From positions 10,070 through 74,069 of the forward strand of contig CAVCCX010000004.1 of NCBI GenBank assembly GCA_963600815.1: DNA of 64,000 nucleotides. Reading direction: 5' to 3'. Positions 38,284 through 46,805 of this stretch are shown piece by piece. Both the position numbers and the translations under genes were made by a program. The stretch comes from Bacteroides uniformis (GTDB taxonomy: Bacteria > Bacillota_I > Bacilli_A > RFN20 > CAG-288). The notes beneath the pieces were generated by a model. That model saw only the letters and a list, made by a program, of their open reading frames with translations, was not told the origin of the DNA and ran no database searches. Position 1 is the stretch's first letter, and each line of letters opens with the position of its first letter.

Positions 38284-39554
38284 AAACCCTAGAGACGCAA
38301 TTGCTCATCATCGGCGGTGGACCAGCCGGACTTTCTTCCGCCTATGGTGCCTATCAGGCCGGAATAAAGGATATTCTCATTGTCGAAAGAGATGATCATC
38401 TCGGCGGCATTTTGAATCAGTGCATTCACAATGGTTTTGGTCTCCATCGCTTCAAAAGCGAATTGACCGGACCGGAATATGCCCAACGCTATATCGATAT
38501 GGTCGCCTCGACATCCGTCAAGGTTCTTTCTGATTCCATGGTCATCGACCTCAATGCTTCCAAGGAAGCCATCCTCATGAATAAGGAAGACGGCATTGTC
38601 AAAGTCAAGGCAAAGGCCATCATTCTGGCGATGGGATGCCGTGAAAGAAGCCGTGGCGCCATTATGACGCCCGGTGACCGCGTCAGCGGAATCTATACGG
38701 CCGGTGCCGCCCAGAAATACTGCAATATCGATGGCTATCTTGTCGGAAAAAGAGTCGTCATCCTAGGAAGTGGCGACATCGGACTCATCATGGCCCGCCG
38801 TATGACCTTGGAAGGCTGCAAAGTCTTGGCTGATGTCGAACTCTGCCCCTATTCGAACGGCCTGGCGAGAAATATCCAGCAGTGTCTGAATGATTTTGAT
38901 ATCCCTTTGTATCTCTCTTATACCGTCAGCGACATCATCGCCGACAAGGATTCCAAGAGAGTGGAGAAAGTCGTCATCTCCAAAGTCGATGAGAAAAGAA
39001 ATATCATTCCAGGAACGGAAATCACATTCGAATGTGATACCCTTCTTCTTTCGGTCGGGCTGATCCCGGAAAATGAGCTTTCCAAAAAAGCTGGCATCGT
39101 CCTTGATAGAAGAACGAAAGGACCGGTTGTCAAAGATAACCTCGAAACAAGTGTCGATGGCATCTTTGCCTGTGGAAATGTTCTCCAGGTCCATGATCTT
39201 GTCGACAATGTCTCCGCGGAAGGCGAAAAAGCCGGTAAGAATGCTGCGGAATATATTCGTGAGGGTGAAAAAGAAACAACACTGATCGAGACCGTTCCCG
39301 GTTCTGGCATCGGCTATCTCTGCCCACAGAAGGTCCGCATGGAAGCCAATGACGACAAAGTCGAACTCTTCTTCCGAGTGAGAACGCCATCAAGCAATCC
39401 GACATTGGAAGTTCTGCTCGATTCCAAGCCCTACAAGTCCATCAAGAAAATCCGCATGGCACCGAGCGAAATGGAAACGCTCGTTCTGAAAAGAAGCGAG
39501 CTGAAGGATGTGAAATCCATCCAGGTCCAAGTGAAGGAGGAAAACCATGATTAA
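38280..39554 (+). CDS. Pyridine nucleotide-disulfide (FAD/NAD) oxidoreductase
   Basis: Contains 'LLIIGGGPAGLSSA' and 'VVILGSGDIGLIMA'. 4-nt overlap with the upstream gene. Confidence 0.75.
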   Translation: MKTLETQLLIIGGGPAGLSSAYGAYQAGIKDILIVERDDHLGGILNQCIHNGFGLHRFKSELTGPEYAQRYIDMVASTSVKVLSDSMVIDLNASKEAILMNKEDGIVKVKAKAIILAMGCRERSRGAIMTPGDRVSGIYTAGAAQKYCNIDGYLVGKRVVILGSGDIGLIMARRMTLEGCKVLADVELCPYSNGLARNIQQCLNDFDIPLYLSYTVSDIIADKDSKRVEKVVISKVDEKRNIIPGTEITFECDTLLLSVGLIPENELSKKAGIVLDRRTKGPVVKDNLETSVDGIFACGNVLQVHDLVDNVSAEGEKAGKNAAEYIREGEKETTLIETVPGSGIGYLCPQKVRMEANDDKVELFFRVRTPSSNPTLEVLLDSKPYKSIKKIRMAPSEMETLVLKRSELKDVKSIQVQVKEENHD

Positions 39555-39900
39555 GAAACTCATCTGCATCCAGTGTCCGAGAGGATGCCATCTCGAAATC
39601 GATGATGAAACCCTTGCTGTCACAGGAAATTTCTGCCCGCGCGGCGCAGCGTATGCCAAAACGGAAATCACTCAGCCGATGCGCACCTTGACATCAACGG
39701 TCAAGGTCGTGGGTGGCGAACTTCCGCGCTGCTCTGTCAAGACCTCTGCACCCATCAAGAAGGAACTGATGATGGATGTGATGAAGGAAGTCAACCGCAT
39801 CACAGCTGAGGCGCCGATTGAGATGAATCAGGTGCTTCTGAAGAATGTCCTCTCCACCGGAGCCGACATCATCGCGACCAAGGTCATCAAGAAAGTCTAG
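39547..39900 (+). CDS. DUF1667 domain protein
   Basis: Contains 'CIQCPRGCHLEID...TGNFCPRGAAYAKTEITQPMRTLTSTVKV'. It is the third member of the usual trio. Confidence 0.75.
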   Translation: MIKKLICIQCPRGCHLEIDDETLAVTGNFCPRGAAYAKTEITQPMRTLTSTVKVVGGELPRCSVKTSAPIKKELMMDVMKEVNRITAEAPIEMNQVLLKNVLSTGADIIATKVIKKV

Positions 39901-40550
39901 TTCGTCCTCTTCTGCAATTCTGAGAGCTGATTCTCCAGTTTCGTGATTTCTTCCTGAAGCTGCATCAGCTCTTTTCTTTTCCTGTTCTTTTCATACGAAT
40001 AAGTCAGGATGTGGTTGAGGGTGTATTCTTCAATTTTTCTGAGAATGCGAATGGAGCAGCAACCCATGATTTCGATGACACGATTCTTGCTGACCCATCG
40101 TACGCCATCCAAAAGAACTCCTGTGTTTTCCTGAAAGCCATCTTCTTTATATCCATCGAGCACGTCGGAATATCCCTTTCCGAATTTCTTGCTCGTGCAG
40201 GGTGCGACAAAAAGAAAATTCTTCGTCTGGGAGAGGACAACGGCCGGATGGGGATAGGAGAATTCATAGCCGAAGTTCATGAAACCAAAATCGAGAATCA
40301 CGATGTCGCCTCTCTTGTAGATTCTTTCTTTTCCATAGCAGATGGCGTTCTTGTCATCCAGATAATGCGAGATGGAATTGATGACCTGTCCCATCTCGTA
40401 GGCGCTGAGATGGCTTAGGTATTCCTCGAAATTGTCCATCGCCTTCTTGTAGTAGGGCGAGAGCGTCCTTATCTCGCACCCTTTGATGGTTTTGTTTCCT
40501 TCAATCTGCCTGTAGATGTTTTCGACTTGCTTTTTATTGATTTTTTCCAT
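39897..40550 (-). CDS. MazF/PemK-like domain protein with an ~80-aa N-terminal extension and a C-terminal coiled coil
   Basis: Residues ~78-183 ('RGDIVILDFG...YPHPAVVLSQTKNFLFVAPCTSKKFGKGYSDV...GVLLDGVRWVSKNRV') align by eye with MazF ('GDLIWVDFDP...HRPAVVLS...CVPCTTQSKGYPFEV...ALADQVKSIAWRAR'). Confidence 0.55.
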   Translation of the reverse strand: MEKINKKQVENIYRQIEGNKTIKGCEIRTLSPYYKKAMDNFEEYLSHLSAYEMGQVINSISHYLDDKNAICYGKERIYKRGDIVILDFGFMNFGYEFSYPHPAVVLSQTKNFLFVAPCTSKKFGKGYSDVLDGYKEDGFQENTGVLLDGVRWVSKNRVIEIMGCCSIRILRKIEEYTLNHILTYSYEKNRKRKELMQLQEEITKLENQLSELQKRTN

Positions 40551-40631
40551 ATTCTATTCCTCATAAATAATATTGCTCTGCAAATTGAATTTTTTCGAAA
40601 CAAAATCATATTTTTTAGGAGAATCCCGATT

Positions 40632-41441
40632 ATGGATAAGAAATCACTTGTCGAAATCAATTTTCACGATATCGAAGCCGAGATGAAGAAGCTCAGCAAC
40701 AGCAAGAAACTGCTCTCCGTCATGGAAATCAGCCAGAACAAAGAAGGGTATTCTTTCCATTCGACTTCCTTGGACGATCATTTCTGCATTCTCTTGCGCT
40801 CAAAAGACTACAAGACGGTCATGCAGGCGAAATTGTATCTCAAGACGTGTGGCTTTGAAGTCTATGGGAATATCGACCGCAAGGGTTTGGATGCTGTCAA
40901 GAAAGAACTCGAAATGAAGAATCTTCCCACTCAGGATATCGAGGCTGTCATGGGAGTCACGGCGAATTATCTCAACGTCGATCTGAAGAAGGAAGAGGAC
41001 ATCGGAAAAAACAAGGAAGGCGACTTCTACTTCTATTTTTACCCGGTCAAAAAGGATGTTCCTACCTGGCATGAATTCAAGAAGAGAAACTATCTGGATG
41101 AACTCAATGTGCTTGCCAAGAAAGCGGAGTCGAGCATCGATCTCATCTTTGCCCAGCTGGACAATGTCATCTATGGCGGACTGAAGATTCCCGGTGCCGC
41201 CATTGAGAAATATAGGGAAGCCTTCTTTGAGGCCTGCAATGTCCAGGTTGGAAAGTCCTCCATCCGCGAACTCTATATCGCTTCCAAGGTTTTGATGGAA
41301 CTGGTCTCTGCAGAAGAGGAACTTATCGATATCGGACTCTTCCAGATGTATATGGTCGACGAACCGATTTTCTCTCAATACGATTATGAGGAAATCTATC
41401 TGGATTTTCCAAATGAACTGATGGAGGAAGAAATAGCCTGA
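40632..41441 (+). CDS. Hypothetical protein (269 aa)
   Basis: AGGAG RBS at 40617-40621. The track ORF is over-extended to 40527. I recognise no domain. Confidence 0.5.
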   Translation: MDKKSLVEINFHDIEAEMKKLSNSKKLLSVMEISQNKEGYSFHSTSLDDHFCILLRSKDYKTVMQAKLYLKTCGFEVYGNIDRKGLDAVKKELEMKNLPTQDIEAVMGVTANYLNVDLKKEEDIGKNKEGDFYFYFYPVKKDVPTWHEFKKRNYLDELNVLAKKAESSIDLIFAQLDNVIYGGLKIPGAAIEKYREAFFEACNVQVGKSSIRELYIASKVLMELVSAEEELIDIGLFQMYMVDEPIFSQYDYEEIYLDFPNELMEEEIA

Positions 41442-41544
41442 TTCCATTTCGATTGCGCCTGAAAAATGAAAAGTTCGGTTCATTTGTTCTTTTTGAGTGT
41501 ATAATATTTCGGCAACATGCGTTTTTATTTAGGAGAATATGATT

Positions 41545-44151
41545 ATGCGTTACATGACTAGTGATGAAATCCGTGATACCTGGCTCAATTTTTTCAAGGA
41601 ACATGGCCATTATATCGAACCGAGCGCTTCCTTGGTTCCGAACAATGATCCCACCCTTTTATGGATCAATGCCGGCGTCGCGGCTTTGAAAAAATATTTC
41701 GATGGTACCCTGACTCCGAAGCACAGAAGAATCACGAATGCCCAGAAATGCATCCGTACCAATGATATCGACAATGTCGGACATACCGCCCGCCACCACA
41801 CCTTCTTCGAGATGATGGGAAACTTTTCCATCGGCGACTATTTCCGCAATGAGGTCATCCCGTGGGCGTATGAACTTCTCACCAGCGAAAAATATTATGC
41901 GCTCGATCCGCATAAACTTTATGTCACCTATTATCCGGATGACAAGGAAACCCATGATCTTTGGGTGAAATGCGGCATTCCGGAAGAAAACATGGTTCCC
42001 AGCGAGAACAACTTCTGGGAAATCGGTGAAGGACCCTGCGGTCCGGATACGGAAATCAACTACGACCGTGGAGAAAAGTATGATCCCGAACATCTCGGAC
42101 TCAAACTTCTGAAAGACGATATGGAAAATGACCGCTATATCGAATTGTGGAACATCGTCTTCTCTCAGTTCAATTCCATGCCCGGCGTGGAAAGAAAAGA
42201 CTACAAGCCGCTTCCGCAGAAGAACATCGATACTGGTGCCGGTCTTGAAAGACTCTGCTGCATCATGCAGGATGCTGAAACCAATTTCGAGACAGATCTT
42301 TTCATGCCCTATATCAAGGTTTTGGAAGAAAAAGCCAAATTCCACTATGATGAGGAACATAAATTGGCGTACCGCGTCATCGCAGATCATATCCGCAGCA
42401 TCACGTTTGCTTTGGCAGATGGCGCTGTCTTTTCCAATGACGGAAGAGGCTATGTCTTAAAAAGACTTCTCCGCCGTGCCTCAAGATATGCCCAGACCAT
42501 CGGTCTCCCCGCCGGAACCCTTTCTTCCCTTGTTCCGGTTGTCACAAAGAACATGGAACACTTCTATCCATATCTGAAGGAACATGAAGAAAGAACCATG
42601 AAGATGATTCTCTCCGAAGAGAATAAGTTTGCCAACACCCTGAAAGTCGGTGAAAAACTTCTCAGCCAGTATCTTGCCAAGGATGGCGATACATTATCTG
42701 CCGAGGATGCCTTCAAGCTGAGCGACACTTATGGCTTCCCCTATGAGCTGACAAAGGAAATCGCCATGGATGCCCATAAGAAAGTCGATGAGGAAGGCTA
42801 TCAGGAACTTTTGAAGAAAGCCAAGGAACTTGCCCGCACATCTCGCGGAGAAAGAGAATCCTTCGCCAGTCAGTCGAAGGATATGCTTGCCTTCACGACC
42901 GAGAGTGAATTCATCTATTCGGATAAAGAAGATCTCAATGGAAAGGTCATCGGCCTTTTCAATGAAGGCGTTGCTGTCGAATCCATCATTGAAGAAGGCG
43001 ATGTTGCTTTCGATGAGACGAACTTCTATGCTCTGAGCGGCGGTCAGGTCTCGGATACCGGCTTCATCCGCAATGAGAATTGCGAAGCCGAAGTCGATGA
43101 TGTCAAGATTGCCAACCACGGTCAGCATCTTCTCCATGTCAAGGTCCTCTATGGTGAAATCAAGATGGGCGATACCTTCAAACAGTTGGTCGACTGGAAG
43201 AGAAGAGACTTGATTCGAAAGAATCATTCGGCAACCCATCTTCTCCAGAAAGCCCTCCAGGAAATCGTTTCCCCGGAGATTCACCAGGAAGGTGCCTATT
43301 ATGATGAAAATCTTCTTCGCTTCGACATCAACTATGATGGAAAACTGACATCTGAACAGCTCGATCAGGTTGAAAGAAGAGTCAACGAAAAGATTTTTGA
43401 AGGCCTGCCAGTCATCACCGAGGTCCTCACCAAAGAAGAAGCCCTCAAGAAGAATGCCATGCATCTTTTCTCTGAAAAATATGGCGATAAGGTCCGTGTT
43501 GTTTCCATGGGAGACTATTCCGTCGAATTCTGCGGCGGTACCCATGTCTATAGCACCGATCAGATCAATCTCTTTGCCATCGTCAGCGAGGAATCCGTCG
43601 CGGCTGGCATCAGAAGAATCACAGCCTACACTTCCCTAAACGCCTATGAATTCTTCAAGGAAAAGCAGTCCTTGATCAACGAGGCGGCAAAACTCCTCAA
43701 AATCAATTCCGATAAGGGCGTGAGAGCAAAAATCCTTTCGAACAACGATACGATTGCTTCTCTCAACAATACCATCAAATCGCTCCGTGAACAGAATACG
43801 AATGCCATGATGGGTGAACTCGAATCGAAAATCGAAGTCGTCAATTCCAAGAAACTTCTCTTTGTGAGTCTTTCTTCCTTGACTCATGAGCAGGAGGACT
43901 CCCTTGCCAATAAGCTGATCGACAAGAATCCGGATCTTCTTCTCTTCTTCAGCGTCAACAACGGCGAAAAGAAAGACCTTGTCGTCGCCAGAGGAAAGAA
44001 CCTTTCCTCTCTCAAGGCTGGTGCCATCATGAAGAGTGTCAGCCAAATGCTCTCTGGACGCGGAGGCGGAAAACCGGATGTCGCTTTCGGCGGATGTCCT
44101 TCGCTTGACAATCTTGCCAACGTGAAAGAATATCTCAAAGGACTTCTCTGA
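41545..44151 (+). CDS. alaS: Alanine--tRNA ligase
   Basis: Contains 'MTSDEIRDTWLNFFKEHGH' and 'WINAGV'. The editing-domain motif 'HSATHLL' and the 'CGGTHV' motif are present. AGGAG lies 9 nt upstream of ATG 41545. Confidence 0.97.
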   Translation: MRYMTSDEIRDTWLNFFKEHGHYIEPSASLVPNNDPTLLWINAGVAALKKYFDGTLTPKHRRITNAQKCIRTNDIDNVGHTARHHTFFEMMGNFSIGDYFRNEVIPWAYELLTSEKYYALDPHKLYVTYYPDDKETHDLWVKCGIPEENMVPSENNFWEIGEGPCGPDTEINYDRGEKYDPEHLGLKLLKDDMENDRYIELWNIVFSQFNSMPGVERKDYKPLPQKNIDTGAGLERLCCIMQDAETNFETDLFMPYIKVLEEKAKFHYDEEHKLAYRVIADHIRSITFALADGAVFSNDGRGYVLKRLLRRASRYAQTIGLPAGTLSSLVPVVTKNMEHFYPYLKEHEERTMKMILSEENKFANTLKVGEKLLSQYLAKDGDTLSAEDAFKLSDTYGFPYELTKEIAMDAHKKVDEEGYQELLKKAKELARTSRGERESFASQSKDMLAFTTESEFIYSDKEDLNGKVIGLFNEGVAVESIIEEGDVAFDETNFYALSGGQVSDTGFIRNENCEAEVDDVKIANHGQHLLHVKVLYGEIKMGDTFKQLVDWKRRDLIRKNHSATHLLQKALQEIVSPEIHQEGAYYDENLLRFDINYDGKLTSEQLDQVERRVNEKIFEGLPVITEVLTKEEALKKNAMHLFSEKYGDKVRVVSMGDYSVEFCGGTHVYSTDQINLFAIVSEESVAAGIRRITAYTSLNAYEFFKEKQSLINEAAKLLKINSDKGVRAKILSNNDTIASLNNTIKSLREQNTNAMMGELESKIEVVNSKKLLFVSLSSLTHEQEDSLANKLIDKNPDLLLFFSVNNGEKKDLVVARGKNLSSLKAGAIMKSVSQMLSGRGGGKPDVAFGGCPSLDNLANVKEYLKGLL

Positions 44152-44153
44152 GA

Positions 44154-44591
44154 GTGAAAAAGAATCTCCTTTGCCTCGATTTAGGAAAAGGCTCCTTGGG
44201 CCTGGCTATCTCGAGAAGCGGCATGTTCATCACGCCGTTAGAGAATTATCGTTTTCACCTGATGAAGTTTGAGGAACCGCTTGCCCATCTTGATGAAGTT
44301 CTCAAGAAGGAAAAAGTCGAGACTTTCGTTCTTGGTCTTCCTTTGTTTCCAAGTGGAGATGAATGTGAAATGACTTTGATTGTCAAGGATTTTGCCAAAA
44401 AACTCGAAGAGAAATATCCGAATATTCCGATTGTCTTTCAGGATGAACGCTATTCGACCCTTGAGGCAAGCAACGACCTTCATGAAAAAGGCCAGAATTC
44501 CAAGAAGCAGCATAAGACGATTGATAGAACCGCCGCCTGCATCATCTTGGAAAGATATCTGAGATCCATCCATCAAATCGATATGTTTTAG
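44154..44591 (+). CDS. ruvX: Putative pre-16S rRNA nuclease / Holliday-junction-resolvase-like YqgF
   Basis: GTG start. Contains 'LLCLDLGKGSLGLAIS' and 'DERYSTLEA'. It is in the conserved position after alaS. Confidence 0.8.
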   Translation: MKKNLLCLDLGKGSLGLAISRSGMFITPLENYRFHLMKFEEPLAHLDEVLKKEKVETFVLGLPLFPSGDECEMTLIVKDFAKKLEEKYPNIPIVFQDERYSTLEASNDLHEKGQNSKKQHKTIDRTAACIILERYLRSIHQIDMF

Positions 44592-44598
44592 AAAATAG

Positions 44599-44633
44599 AC
44601 CGATCCTGTTTGCTTCCGGGGTCGGTTTTTTTT
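44599..44633 (+). terminator. Rho-independent terminator
   Basis: Stem accgatcc/ggggtcggt (one G-U pair) followed by a T8 run. Confidence 0.7.
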
Positions 44634-44675
44634 GATGCTTTTTATATGAAAGTTTGTGTATTCTAACATAAGTTA

Positions 44676-44705
44676 TTGACATCTAACTTTTAGGCTTGGT
44701 ATAAT
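44676..44705 (+). promoter_or_regulatory. Consensus promoter TTGACA-18-TATAAT
   Basis: -35 at 44676-44681 and -10 at 44700-44705. It lies 40 nt upstream of the ABC operon ATG. Confidence 0.65.
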
Positions 44706-44706
44706 T

Positions 44707-44736
44707 CTTTAGTTACTTAGTGATAACTAACTAAAG
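44707..44736. promoter_or_regulatory. 30-bp near-perfect palindrome (13-bp arms matching 12/13, 4-bp spacer), a candidate operator
   Basis: Sequence is ctttagttactta-gtga-taactaactaaag. It starts 2 nt after the -10 box and spans the predicted transcription start. Confidence 0.5.
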
Positions 44737-44744
44737 AGAACCCT

Positions 44745-46805
44745 ATGTTACTCAAACTCAAGAATATCGGCAAGATTTATAACTCGAACGACATACTGAC
44801 AATCGGTGTGAGAAATATCGATTTGGAATTCGACTACAATGAATTCGTCACGATCGAAGGTGAATCCGGCTCAGGAAAATCCACGCTTCTGAATGTCATC
44901 GCCGCAAATGATACCTATGAAGAAGGCGAACTCTATTTTGCAGGCGAGGCGACTTCACATTATTCCTCCTCTGATTGGGAGAAATACCGCGAGAACAATA
45001 TCGCCATGATCTTCCAGGATTTCAACATCATCGAAAACCTCACGGTCATCGAGAATGTCGAATTGGCCTTGTTTCGCATTGACGATACCAAGGAAAGAAA
45101 GAGAATTGCCACTCAGCTCATCGAGAAAGTCGGTTTGAGTAAACAAATGCACCATAAAGGTTCCCATCTCTCCGGCGGTGAGAAGCAGCGCTGCGTCATC
45201 GCACGTGCCTTGGCCAAGGATTCTCCAATCATCTTAGCGGATGAACCCACAGGGAACCTCGATTCCAAAGCATCAAGAGAAGTCGCCAAGATTCTCAAGG
45301 ATGTCTCAAAAGACAAACTCGTCATCGTCGTCACTCACAATCCGGAATTCTTCAAGGAATATGCCACAAGAAGAATCCTCATCTCCGATGGGAAACTCAA
45401 ACAGGATGAGATAATCCAGAAACCGGAAAAGAGTGAAATCCATCATGAGGAAAAAACGACAAGCCGAAAACTGAAATGGAAGAACACCTTCCTTCTTGGC
45501 TTCATGAACTATAAGTCGAGACCGAAATTCTCCACGCTGATGAGCATCGCCCTCTGCTGCATCGCCATCACCTTGTTTGCAGTTCTTCAGATTGTCAATT
45601 CCTTTCTTCTTTCTCCAATCACGAAGACACTGGATGATGTCGGTGTCACTGGGAAAATGATTGTTTCGAACACAAGCGGATATGTCGAACAAGAAAAGCT
45701 CGATGAAATCTGCTTTTCGACCGGTGCTTCCTATTTCATGTATAACCGAGAACTTTCGGAATTTACTATCCAGGTTCCCAAAAAGGAAAATATGTATAAG
45801 GACTATGAAGTGACCTGCATCTATGATCCGCTTCATCATGCCGTGGAGGAAAAACAAGGCCTTCTTGTTCTTCCGAAAGCCTATCAGGATGATGCCGAGA
45901 AGATTGTCGAAATCATCCAGGGGGCCTCATCGAGCATTTCGAAGATCGATGTCTCCATTTCTCTTGAGGAGACAAATCTGAAACTCTATCTCTCCTATGA
46001 CAACATGGAGACGAACGGAAATAAGATCAAGGCCATCAATTCGAAGGTGAAAATCTCAGAGAACGAGACAAGAATCTATACCTTCGAAAAGAATGCTGAG
46101 CTCGAAGATGGAAATGTCAACCTGGTCAATTCGACCTATTATGATGTCAAGGGAAAATACCTCACGACGGAAATCTCTTCCTCGAAGATTTTCATGGTCA
46201 ACGATGATACGAAAAAAGATCAGACGGTGGATGGGGTGGTGGTTGAATTAAGTGAGAATGATTATGCCCAAATCTTCGAATCGACTTCGCTGAGCAAACA
46301 ATCGGCCCTCTATTTCGATGATGATGAGATGGCCAAGTCGGCCCTGGAAAAACTGCCGCAGGGCTATATCGGAATGCTTTCGAATTCCACCCTCTATGTC
46401 TCCAATGCCGGAAACGTCTTCATCTATGATCTTCTCTATTATGGATGTCTTATCTTGGCAAGCGTCATCCTGGCTGCAGTCCTGTTTGTCATCTTCATGC
46501 GGACAATCAAGATCTATCAGTCGGATTTTGCAATCTATAAGACATTGGGCATTCCTTCCTCGGTCTCAAAAGGTGCTTTGTATATTCAGATGGTTCTGAC
46601 CTTCCTTCCGACATTGATTCTTCTTCCCCTCATCTCCTATTTCTCCACCATGATCAAAGGACTCTCCTTATCCTTCATCAGCGTCGGAAACTATTTCTTC
46701 ATCGAAGTGCTCATTCTTCTGATTGTCTTCTTTGTTGCTTATGGATTCTACAAGAACATGAATCGCTCGAAGATATCCCATTTGCTCAGGAGGGGTTCAA
46801 AATGA
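44745..46805 (+). CDS. Fused ABC ATPase / MacB-FtsX-type permease (NBD, TM1, ~280-aa ectodomain, 3 TM)
   Basis: Contains 'GESGSGKST', 'LSGGEKQRCVIARA' and 'IILADEPTGNLD'. The FtsX-type motif 'DFAIYKTLGIPSS' follows TM2. Confidence 0.85.
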   Translation: MLLKLKNIGKIYNSNDILTIGVRNIDLEFDYNEFVTIEGESGSGKSTLLNVIAANDTYEEGELYFAGEATSHYSSSDWEKYRENNIAMIFQDFNIIENLTVIENVELALFRIDDTKERKRIATQLIEKVGLSKQMHHKGSHLSGGEKQRCVIARALAKDSPIILADEPTGNLDSKASREVAKILKDVSKDKLVIVVTHNPEFFKEYATRRILISDGKLKQDEIIQKPEKSEIHHEEKTTSRKLKWKNTFLLGFMNYKSRPKFSTLMSIALCCIAITLFAVLQIVNSFLLSPITKTLDDVGVTGKMIVSNTSGYVEQEKLDEICFSTGASYFMYNRELSEFTIQVPKKENMYKDYEVTCIYDPLHHAVEEKQGLLVLPKAYQDDAEKIVEIIQGASSSISKIDVSISLEETNLKLYLSYDNMETNGNKIKAINSKVKISENETRIYTFEKNAELEDGNVNLVNSTYYDVKGKYLTTEISSSKIFMVNDDTKKDQTVDGVVVELSENDYAQIFESTSLSKQSALYFDDDEMAKSALEKLPQGYIGMLSNSTLYVSNAGNVFIYDLLYYGCLILASVILAAVLFVIFMRTIKIYQSDFAIYKTLGIPSSVSKGALYIQMVLTFLPTLILLPLISYFSTMIKGLSLSFISVGNYFFIEVLILLIVFFVAYGFYKNMNRSKISHLLRRGSK

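Noticed and set aside
41442-41544. Possible T-box leader upstream of alaS
   Set aside because: Only ~100 nt separate the upstream gene from alaS. That is too short for a T-box (specifier stem plus antiterminator). I found no T-box consensus (AGGGUGGNACCGCG), only a TATAAT at 41500-41505.
41659-43545. 243-aa and 283-aa minus-strand ORFs
   Set aside because: They are antisense to alaS and are shadow ORFs.
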